Below are positions 47,189-55,188 of a stretch of DNA of 64,000 bases, one piece after another. The notes beneath the pieces were generated by a model. The model was not told the DNA's origin. It did not search any database and worked only from the letters and a program-made list of their open reading frames with translations. The stretch is taken from assembly GCA_038998335.1 (NCBI GenBank), contig JAVZHQ010000001.1:128001-192000 (forward strand). The letters are read 5' to 3'. Position 1 is the stretch's first letter, and each line of letters starts with the position of its first letter. The position numbers were made by a program, and so were the translations under genes. The DNA comes from Candidatus Aenigmatarchaeota archaeon (lineage in GTDB: Archaea; Aenigmatarchaeota; Aenigmatarchaeia; CG10238-14; SCSR01).

Positions 47189-47806
47189 GTGAGTAATGTT
47201 GAAAGGATAGTAAAAATACTGAATGAAAAGTATAAAGTTAAGCCTTGGAAAGAAAAACCTTTTAAGCTTCTTATCGGTACAATTCTTTCCCAAAGAACTA
47301 GAGACGAGAAAACTTCTCAAGCCTGGAAAAGGCTTTTTTCTAAAGCAAATACTCCAGAAAAAATTTTGAATTTGAGCGAAAAAGAAATTCAAAGCTTAAT
47401 TAAAGATGTAGGTTTTTATAGACAAAAAGCAAAAAGAATCAAAAAAATTTCTCAAATAATCTTGCAAGAATATAAGGGTAAAGTTCCTTCTTCTAGAGAA
47501 GAGCTAATTAAGCTTCCTGGAGTTGGACCAAAAACTGCTGATGTTGTTCTTTCCTATTCTTTTGGTAAGCCTGTAATTGCTGTCGATACACATGTAGCTA
47601 CAATCTCAAAAAGATTAGGGTGGACAAAAAACAACGAACCAGAAAAAATTAGAGAAGATTTGCATAAAATTGTTCCAAAAAAGTATAGATTAATAATAAA
47701 TATTCTTTTTGTCGAGTTTGGTAAAGACATTTGCAAGGCAAAACCAAAATGTTATGCTTGTCCAATTATAAAGTTTTGTAAATTTACTAGAAAAATTACA
47801 ACTTAA
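47189..47806 (+). CDS. nth: Endonuclease III
   Basis: ILSQRT, HhH LPGVGPKTA, VDTH, C-terminal 4-Cys cluster. Confidence 0.93.
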   Translation: MSNVERIVKILNEKYKVKPWKEKPFKLLIGTILSQRTRDEKTSQAWKRLFSKANTPEKILNLSEKEIQSLIKDVGFYRQKAKRIKKISQIILQEYKGKVPSSREELIKLPGVGPKTADVVLSYSFGKPVIAVDTHVATISKRLGWTKNNEPEKIREDLHKIVPKKYRLIINILFVEFGKDICKAKPKCYACPIIKFCKFTRKITT

Positions 47807-47850
47807 AGTGGTAAAAAAATTTTATCCATAGTTTTTTTCAGAAAATAATT

Positions 47851-48255
47851 ATGAAAAAAGCAATCTTAGTTTTGGTTTTTGTTCTCTTGGTGCCAGTGGC
47901 CTATTCCCTTAAAGTAAGCATAAAAGAGGGTGAAGTAGCAGAAATAGGAAGCAATGAGTTTTTAGTTTCTTTTGGAATGATAAGAGGAAGTATAAACTTT
48001 AAACTTGGAGAGTACAAATGGTCTACAAGAGAAATATGGTTAGTCCCAGAAGGAACTTTACCAAGCTATTTTAAATCAACAGGTAATTACTTAGAAATTC
48101 CAGAGAACATTACTTTTAGCACTTGTAAAACTTCTGTGTATTACAATGAAACTTTAGGCTATGCATTCAAGATACTTCCTTCCCAAATACAAGAAAACGG
48201 AAGCTTCTGCGGCTTAGCTTATGCTGGAAGCTACGATATTATAGCAAAGTTCTAG
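47851..48255 (+). CDS. Hypothetical secreted protein
   Basis: Signal peptide MKKAILVLVFVLLVPVAYS. Confidence 0.7.
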   Translation: MKKAILVLVFVLLVPVAYSLKVSIKEGEVAEIGSNEFLVSFGMIRGSINFKLGEYKWSTREIWLVPEGTLPSYFKSTGNYLEIPENITFSTCKTSVYYNETLGYAFKILPSQIQENGSFCGLAYAGSYDIIAKF

Positions 48256-48262
48256 TGGTAAC

Positions 48263-48442
48263 ATGAAACTCTTGCTCGTAATTTTGTTTGTTTTTCTTTT
48301 TTTACTAATACTACACTTTTTTTCTTCTCACACTGCCCTTTTCCCAAAAATTTCTCCAAACCAAAGAGAAAATTTTTATTTTATTGGAAAAGTTAAGATA
48401 GAAGAAGGAAAAATAGCAAGTGTAAATGTTTCAGTTTATTAA
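48263..48442 (+). CDS. Small hypothetical membrane protein, 59 aa (not in ORF track)
   Basis: MKLLLVILFVFLFLLIL...; fills the gap between neighbours. Confidence 0.45.
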   Translation: MKLLLVILFVFLFLLILHFFSSHTALFPKISPNQRENFYFIGKVKIEEGKIASVNVSVY

Positions 48443-48810
48443 ATACTTCTTAGTACATTCACCACTTCCTTTACGCTCTTTTCCATCTTTATCAAAGCCA
48501 TCCCTAAGTTAGCATCTTTTTCTAACAAGCATGCTAAGATCATTTCACTATCAACAGGGAAACAAACGTAATAACCGTTAGAAGCTTTTACTATAGTGTG
48601 AGTAAAGCTTCCCATTCCAAGTTCTTTTGTTGATATAAAAGAGCTTTTAGTTATTGCTGCAGCCAAAGCAGCCAGAAGCTTAGCGTTAAGCTCAGAGGGA
48701 AGGTAAGATGCTATTAATAAACCATCGTTCTTAGCCAGTATGGCTCCTTTTACTCCCTCTATTCTTTTCATATCTTTCAATATCTTCTCTAATTCAGTTT
48801 TAAGCTCCAT
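48439..48810 (-). CDS. Roadblock/LC7 (MglB-like) protein
   Basis: GVKGAILAKNDGLLIAS...ELGMG...ANLG. Confidence 0.9.
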   Translation of the reverse strand: MELKTELEKILKDMKRIEGVKGAILAKNDGLLIASYLPSELNAKLLAALAAAITKSSFISTKELGMGSFTHTIVKASNGYYVCFPVDSEMILACLLEKDANLGMALIKMEKSVKEVVNVLRSI

Positions 48811-49242
48811 TTAATCACTTTTCGTTATTTCATAAAGATTTTTAAAAAAGTAACTCAAAGAAAGAAGTACTAAGTAAGTTGAAAAAAGTATTCCTAAACC
48901 TCCTATTAAATTTACGATACTATCTTGTTGGTATTCTCTTAAGAGCGATAGAGACCAAGTAATTCCAAATATAAAAGTGGTTACGAACATTATTTTAAAC
49001 CATTCTCTGACTTTTGGGTGAATGAAAATTAGAGTAGCTACATATTGCTCGTTTTTCTCAAAATTTTCTAAAAATTTTTTACAATAATAGGCTGCTATAG
49101 TTGAAGGGACTACGATTACAAAAAAGGCCGTGTAACTTGATATTAAAAGTAAATTATAGTAAGCTCTAACAACAACAATAATAACAGTAGCAAGTAATAA
49201 TAAAATAAAGATGAATACTATGCTATCTAGTTTTTTACTCAT
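48811..49242 (-). CDS. Hypothetical 4-TM membrane protein
   Basis: Four hydrophobic segments. Confidence 0.65.
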   Translation of the reverse strand: MSKKLDSIVFIFILLLLATVIIVVVRAYYNLLLISSYTAFFVIVVPSTIAAYYCKKFLENFEKNEQYVATLIFIHPKVREWFKIMFVTTFIFGITWSLSLLREYQQDSIVNLIGGLGILFSTYLVLLSLSYFFKNLYEITKSD

Positions 49243-49696
49243 AAGTTAAAATCCTCCTCCTCCATCTGTAGAAAATAACAACAGTAGTAAGAGCCAAGAA
49301 AATAGAGGAAAAAATATAAGAATTATAGAGTATAGAAAAAATCAACTCATACTTTATAAACAATTCTGGAAAGTTATGGTGTACAGCTAATTCTACTAAA
49401 TAGGCCAGCCAGCCTACAAAAACTACTCTTAACGCAGTATGGAAAAACTTAATTTCCTCTTTTAATTTTTTCGGTGCTAACATAAAGTTTACCGTAGAAA
49501 TTTCCTTTGTTCTTAAAAAAGTCTTATACAAGCTAACTGAAACTATGGAATTTGCAAAACCAAGAATTAAAAAAACTGAATCTGTGTAAACAAAAGTTAG
49601 AAGTGGAGTTGTTTTATAAGTAAGCTGAAAAATTATTTCTCCAATAACGGTAATTATTATAGTTAAAAAAATTACTGAATAGAATGCTTTTTCCAT
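49235..49696 (-). CDS. Hypothetical 4-TM membrane protein
   Basis: Four hydrophobic segments. Confidence 0.65.
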   Translation of the reverse strand: MEKAFYSVIFLTIIITVIGEIIFQLTYKTTPLLTFVYTDSVFLILGFANSIVSVSLYKTFLRTKEISTVNFMLAPKKLKEEIKFFHTALRVVFVGWLAYLVELAVHHNFPELFIKYELIFSILYNSYIFSSIFLALTTVVIFYRWRRRILTYE

Positions 49697-49723
49697 AAAT
49701 AATTTTTGGTTTTTAAATTAAAA

Positions 49724-50560
49724 TTAACTTTTGAAGAGAATTTCTTTCGCTTTTTCTATAAGTATTCTTAGTTTTTTCTTCTGGACTTTTGTTCTTTTAC
49801 ACAGTTCTTCCAGGTTCTCTTCGAGGAGTTGCTTAAGCAAGACAATTCCTATACTAGTAAGCTTTTCCCTACTTTTTTCGTCCAGATCTTTTAAAATAGT
49901 TATAGGATAAAGCTTTTTTTCCTCTATAAGCCTTTCCAGACCTTTTTCTTCTGGATAATTCCATCCTATAAAACCAATCCCCTTACACGAAGCATACTTT
50001 TTTGCATGCTCGGAAAATTTGGTATTGCAAACTATTAGAATTTTGTCAAAATCCAAAGAATTTTTTCCTATTTTTCTTCCTTCTTTTATGTCTTCAAGTA
50101 TAGCCTGAGCCTCAAGAAAAACGTCTTTACCAGTATAGGCATGATGATTGAAGTGATGCTTGATTTCAACCAAAAACGTTTGATTATCTTTTTTTGCTAT
50201 AGCATCAATCTCATGATCAACACAATAACCTTCAACTATTTGGTTTGGAGTAACCTCATAACCATATTCTTTTAAAAGAAGCTGAATAAACCTCTCAAAG
50301 TCAGGTTTTGGGCTAAGCAAAGAAATAGCTTCTCTCAAGTCTATTTGATGCTTTATTTCTGGTTTAAATTTTTGTAAGAACTTGAAAATCATCCTAAGAA
50401 TTTTTCTTGTTTCTACTCCATCATAAATTCTTTTCTCAATTTCTCTAGCTATTAGTTCTGCTTGTTCTTGTGAAATTCCCATTCTTAAACAAGTTCTTAT
50501 AACTTTTTCCTTTTTGAATTCTTCTTTTCTTCCGTCAGCTTTTGTTACAAAAACCATCAA
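49724..50560 (-). CDS. ATP-cone plus Mrr-like restriction endonuclease domain protein
   Basis: VTKADGRKEEF; FE...HEID...VEIK; NTKFS. Confidence 0.82.
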   Translation of the reverse strand: MMVFVTKADGRKEEFKKEKVIRTCLRMGISQEQAELIAREIEKRIYDGVETRKILRMIFKFLQKFKPEIKHQIDLREAISLLSPKPDFERFIQLLLKEYGYEVTPNQIVEGYCVDHEIDAIAKKDNQTFLVEIKHHFNHHAYTGKDVFLEAQAILEDIKEGRKIGKNSLDFDKILIVCNTKFSEHAKKYASCKGIGFIGWNYPEEKGLERLIEEKKLYPITILKDLDEKSREKLTSIGIVLLKQLLEENLEELCKRTKVQKKKLRILIEKAKEILFKS

Positions 50561-50588
50561 ATTAATTTTAAGCTTTCAACTAATAAAT

Positions 50589-50726
50589 ATGCCAAAAAAG
50601 GTTTTGAGATGTGCTATATGCAGAAGTAAAGACTTAAACTACTTACCTTGGCTAGGACAAGTTTATGAGTGTAGGAATTGTGGTTACAGAGGACCTTTAT
50701 TCATAGAAAAAAAGAAAAAATCATAA
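50589..50726 (+). CDS. Small Zn-ribbon protein
   Basis: CAIC...YECRNCGYRG. Confidence 0.75.
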   Translation: MPKKVLRCAICRSKDLNYLPWLGQVYECRNCGYRGPLFIEKKKKS

Positions 50727-52619
50727 AACCAATTTACCCTTTCCGTAAGGTATATGCCTTTTTATTTCTTCTAATTCTATTTTTTCAACTAAATTTTTAA
50801 TTTCAAAAGGAACTTTTAACAGCAATTCCCTTTTTATTTCTCTTGCTAACTCTTCTGAGCTAACATCTCCTGGACAAATCGTAACTATATAAGGAGTTTG
50901 TTTTTTTATTGCTGTTACTGGTCCAGCTATGATTTTTATACCATCTTCAATTTTTAGCCCAATCGAAACTCTAAGCAAAACCTTCTTAAGCCATTCTCTT
51001 TTCCCTTTAATCTTAAAACTTCCTAAAGGCAAGGCTTCCTTCACAACTTGCTCAGGCTTTACATAAAAAACATCTATGGTACCCAAACCTAAAAGCCAAG
51101 CTTTAGAGTAGCTGGCAGCAAACTCTGCTGCTTCCATTATAGTTTCCATAGGTATTTCTTTCTTTTTTTCATTTCTTATTAGAACAAAAGGTGCTCCACG
51201 AATGTCTGCATGAAGTATCAAATCCTTTTCTCTTGAGTATTTTTTTACTATTTCCTCGTTGGTTTTAGCATCTTTACCAGCTATAATTAAGAAATTGTCA
51301 CTACTTATAAACCATCTAAACCTTTCATACCATTCTTTTTTCTCTTCTTTTCCTTTTACTTTCTCTTCACTTTTAATTTTTTCGGCAGCTTTTTTCAATT
51401 TCTCAATCTTTTCTTTAACTTTTTTCGCTTTACTAAAGTAAAAGTTTGCGTTTTCTTCTAAACTTTTCCTAAAATCTACTTCTATTTCATTTCCGTCGAT
51501 TAAAAAAGTTAGAGAAGCTTTGGCTTGATTTATTTCTTTAAGAATTTTTTCTTTGTCCAAAGCTTTAACTTTTGCTTTAATTTCTTCCCAACTAAGCTTT
51601 TTTTCTCTCATTTCAACAATTTTTTTCAGAAAAAAGTCAAGCGCTTGGTATTTTTCGTAGAGGATTTTCCCAATTTTTCTGTATTTTTCGTAATTTTTTT
51701 CGAGTTTTTCAAGTTGAGCCATTTGTTTTTCATAAATTTTTTCAATTTTTTCTTCACTTTTTTTTAGTTCCTTGATTTTTTCCTCAATTTTTCCGAATTC
51801 TAAGAGAGATTCAAAGTAACTTTCAACAGCTTGATTAAAACTTTCAAGATAAATTTTTTCTTTTTCTTTGAATTTTTCTGTCTCGAAAGGGAAAAACTCA
51901 ACGATTTTTTTATTTTCTAGAATAACGTGCGGTTTAATCTCAACATTTTTAAGCTCCTCAAAAAACCTAAAGAGTTTATCGATTTCGTTTTGATCCAATT
52001 CTGAGCAGATTTTTTCTTTTTTTATTCCTAATCTTTCACAAATTTCTTCTGCGTACTTCCTTGACAAACCAAAATCTAAAGCTAAAACCTTAACTATTTC
52101 ATTCTTTTTTTCTTTCAAAGTCTTTTGAAAGTCAAAAAAGCTTTTATCGAAAGGATTTATACAAGAAGGAGGATACCTGTACAAAGCTTTTGGCAATATT
52201 TTTCTATCTTTCCACTCTCTTTTTTCGAAAGCAGTTATTATCAAGCCAGAAGAATTTACTAAAATTAAGTTCCCATTCCTGAAAATTTCAAAAATTAGCC
52301 TTAAGCCGTTAATTTCCAGCTCGACAATTCTGTCAAAACCAACTTGAAAAACGTTCCCTATAGTTTTTCCCAACAAATATTTTCTAAGTTGCATGCAAAA
52401 ACTAGTTGCTTTTTCGAATTTTTCCTTTTTTTTGGTTAAATAAATTGTTTTATCAAGCAAGACTTTAAGAAAAAACCTTTCTTTTTTGTAGATTTCGAAT
52501 AAAAAGGTTTTGTTCTCTTGTTTAATCCCTTGAATTTTCCCTCCTTCTAAGGCTTCTTTAAGCTCTTTTACCAAAAATCTCAAATCCAAGCTTGTTATTT
52601 CTTCGCTCATTTCAATCAA
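50721..52619 (-). CDS. rqcH: Ribosome quality control NEMF/Rqc2 (RqcH) family protein
   Basis: FCMQLRK, FDRIV, WYERFRWF, GKDAKTNE, HADIRGAP. Confidence 0.9.
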   Translation of the reverse strand: MIEMSEEITSLDLRFLVKELKEALEGGKIQGIKQENKTFLFEIYKKERFFLKVLLDKTIYLTKKKEKFEKATSFCMQLRKYLLGKTIGNVFQVGFDRIVELEINGLRLIFEIFRNGNLILVNSSGLIITAFEKREWKDRKILPKALYRYPPSCINPFDKSFFDFQKTLKEKKNEIVKVLALDFGLSRKYAEEICERLGIKKEKICSELDQNEIDKLFRFFEELKNVEIKPHVILENKKIVEFFPFETEKFKEKEKIYLESFNQAVESYFESLLEFGKIEEKIKELKKSEEKIEKIYEKQMAQLEKLEKNYEKYRKIGKILYEKYQALDFFLKKIVEMREKKLSWEEIKAKVKALDKEKILKEINQAKASLTFLIDGNEIEVDFRKSLEENANFYFSKAKKVKEKIEKLKKAAEKIKSEEKVKGKEEKKEWYERFRWFISSDNFLIIAGKDAKTNEEIVKKYSREKDLILHADIRGAPFVLIRNEKKKEIPMETIMEAAEFAASYSKAWLLGLGTIDVFYVKPEQVVKEALPLGSFKIKGKREWLKKVLLRVSIGLKIEDGIKIIAGPVTAIKKQTPYIVTICPGDVSSEELAREIKRELLLKVPFEIKNLVEKIELEEIKRHIPYGKGKLVL

Positions 52620-52699
52620 AATAAATTTTAAGAAGAGATAAAGTTAAAGCTTTAACTCAAGCAAAATTTTTAAATAATTCTTTTTTTCTAAAAAAAGAT

Positions 52700-53191
52700 A
52701 TGAGCAAATACAAAAGACCAAGCTGGGATGATTATTTTCTGGAGATTGCGAAAGTTGTTGGTACAAGAGCAACATGCGATAGAGGAAGAAACGGGGCAGT
52801 TATAGTAAAGGATAAAAGAATTTTGACTACAGGCTACGTAGGAGCACCTTCTGGTTTACCACATTGCGACGATGTTGGACATTTATTAACTGAAACTGTA
52901 GATCCAGTAACAGGGAAAAAGAAAAAACATTGTATAAGAACTACTCATGCTGAACAAAATGCAATAGTTCAAGCTGCTTTGCATGGCGTTTCCACGAAAG
53001 ATGCAACTCTGTACGTGAAATTTGTACCTTGCTTTACTTGCGCAAAGATGATAATAAATGCAGGAATTAAAAGAGTGGTAGCAGAAAAAGACTATCACGA
53101 CTCAGCTTTGACAAAAAAATTCTTTAAAGAAGCAGGAGTTAAGCTTGAAATAAAGAAAAAAGAAGTGGAAAAGTATCCAGACCAAGAATAA
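52700..53191 (+). CDS. dCMP deaminase family protein
   Basis: RPSWDDYF, HAEQNA, PCFTC. Confidence 0.92.
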   Translation: MSKYKRPSWDDYFLEIAKVVGTRATCDRGRNGAVIVKDKRILTTGYVGAPSGLPHCDDVGHLLTETVDPVTGKKKKHCIRTTHAEQNAIVQAALHGVSTKDATLYVKFVPCFTCAKMIINAGIKRVVAEKDYHDSALTKKFFKEAGVKLEIKKKEVEKYPDQE

Positions 53192-53195
53192 TTTT

Positions 53196-53702
53196 TCATA
53201 TTTTCTTTTCTCCCAGAACTTTTTCTTCTAGAATCTTTTTTAATTCCTCTGTACTTTTTCCAAAATATCTTTCAAATTCAGGCGTAGTCGTGATAGTTTT
53301 TGTTCTCCCAGCCTTTTCTGTTTTAATTAAACCTTTTTTTTCCAAAGCTTCTACATAACCATAAGCCTTGTTTCCTTGGTACTTTACTATTAAAGACTGT
53401 TTTATAGGCTGCTTCACAGCAACTATTGCTAAGGTTCTCATCATCCCATTACTTAAATCAGCAAAAGGAGCAAGCTTAGCTACTTTTTCCCTATACTCTT
53501 TTTTAACTCTTAACTCAAAGCCTTCTGGTGTTTCAACCAACTCTACGCCTCTATCTTCTTTACTTAACTCTTTTTTCAACTCCTCTAAAAGCTTTTTAAC
53601 TTCTTCTTCTGAGCCTATTCCAACTACTTTTGAAAGTTTTTCCAGGCTTAAAGGTCTGTCAGAAACGAATAGCGCAGCTTCAAGTAAAGCTTTTAGGTTC
53701 AT
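53196..53702 (-). CDS. scpB: SMC-Scp subunit ScpB
   Basis: LEAALF, TLAIVA.KQPI, TTPEF..YFG. Confidence 0.92.
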   Translation of the reverse strand: MNLKALLEAALFVSDRPLSLEKLSKVVGIGSEEEVKKLLEELKKELSKEDRGVELVETPEGFELRVKKEYREKVAKLAPFADLSNGMMRTLAIVAVKQPIKQSLIVKYQGNKAYGYVEALEKKGLIKTEKAGRTKTITTTPEFERYFGKSTEELKKILEEKVLGEKKI

Positions 53703-53726
53703 TTTCTCTTAAATATTTAATTTTTT

Positions 53727-53939
53727 TTGAAAAATTTAAGCATAGAAATCAAAATTTTAATTATGATGGAACTAACAAAACTAAGAGTTTACAAATTCTT
53801 GGTAATTTTCTACGAGAAGTTACATTCGATTGAGAAAATTTTCTTTGGAAGCGAATATTTTTATAAAAAAGCAGAAAAAATTTGTTGCAAAGCTGAAAAA
53901 ATAATCAAAAATTACAAAAGTTTGAAAAGATTTGAGTAA
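53727..53939 (+). CDS. Hypothetical small protein (doubtful)
   Basis: Short ORF in an AT-rich gap. Confidence 0.3.
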   Translation: MKNLSIEIKILIMMELTKLRVYKFLVIFYEKLHSIEKIFFGSEYFYKKAEKICCKAEKIIKNYKSLKRFE

Positions 53940-54154
53940 AGTTGTAGCCTAACTACTCTTTTTAAATAGTTAGAGAATTTATTATTAATCAATTAATATA
54001 AAAATTTAATAATACTTTTTTCTTTTTTTAGATAATTAATTTATGTTTAAAATAAATTCAATAAGTAAAAAATTAAATGAAATTTTCTTTGCGTTTAAAA
54101 CTTTTACAGCTATTCAAATTTTTTTTCAAAAAAATTGAAAAAATAAGAAAAAAA

Positions 54155-54440
54155 TTACTTGGTTTTTGCTATTTTGTGCCTATTATGAAAACTACTAGCA
54201 AAATAACAATCCAATTAACTAGCTGTCTTATAAATCTCCTATTAAAAACTTAGATTTTCCTACCTCTATGACTAATTCTGGGTTTAAAAAAATCAAGATA
54301 AGGACTGTATATGGGAGTTATTATGTCTGTTACTAGTGCTTGAACTAGTTGGGCTGTTGCAATACTAAGACAAAAGCTAAAGCTACTGCTATCACGTTCT
54401 GTTTTTTCATAAAATCCATGAATTCTTTAAGAAAACTCAT
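54155..54440 (-). pseudogene. mscL: Frameshifted large-conductance mechanosensitive channel
   Basis: MSFLKEFMDFMKKQNVIAVALAFVL / IATAQLVQALVTDIITPI / IGD / NWIVILLVVF recovered across several frames. Confidence 0.8.
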
Positions 54441-54501
54441 TTGTTCAGCTGAACTTATATAATGAACTTTAAGCTTAATTAACTTACTAACTTAAGCTTA
54501 C

Positions 54502-55188
54502 TCATGATTTTTTGGTTATGAAAATATCCTTAAAAAAATCTTCTTGCTCAGTAACTACTTTTTCGTTTTGCTCTAAATGAAGCAAGGGAACAAAATGGTC
54601 TATTATTTGGTCTCTGTTCCAATCTTCAACTATTTGACTAAACTTTATTTTATTAGCTTTTAACTTTTGCATAAGCTCATCAATTTCATTCATCACATGA
54701 TTAATCTTTTTTGTTATGTCTTCCTCGCTTATTTGGGCCTGAATTCTAGCTCTCCACATAACTCTTCTTTGGATTTTTCTTTCTCTTACTGCCAAAGCCT
54801 TTCTTAAGGCATTGATAAGCTCTTCTAAGGTTACTTGTCTTTTTGGAATTCTTTTCATAGGCAAGCCTAGTTGAACTAAGTTTGGGTCTATACCTAAGTC
54901 AACAAAAGGCTGTGCCTTGGCAACTTCTTCTACAGTCTCTTCTTCTTCGAACAAAGACAAATAATCTGCCTTAAGTCTAAGGAGAACTGCTGCTACAAAA
55001 ACAATTTTTGCGGGAATTCTAAAATCAAGCTCCTGAATTTTTTGAATATATCTTAAAAAACTATCAGCCAACTTAACCAAATCTATATCCCATGGGTTAA
55101 GGTTTTCTATACTTACTATATGATAAATTACTTCTTCCCAGCTTTCTTTCTTAAGAATTAAATCTAAGATATTTTCTTCTTGATTCAT
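54502..55188 (-). CDS. scpA: Kleisin ScpA
   Basis: NPWDIDL, LLRLKA, F..LLHL...EQEDFF. Confidence 0.9.
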   Translation of the reverse strand: MNQEENILDLILKKESWEEVIYHIVSIENLNPWDIDLVKLADSFLRYIQKIQELDFRIPAKIVFVAAVLLRLKADYLSLFEEEETVEEVAKAQPFVDLGIDPNLVQLGLPMKRIPKRQVTLEELINALRKALAVRERKIQRRVMWRARIQAQISEEDITKKINHVMNEIDELMQKLKANKIKFSQIVEDWNRDQIIDHFVPLLHLEQNEKVVTEQEDFFKDIFITKKS

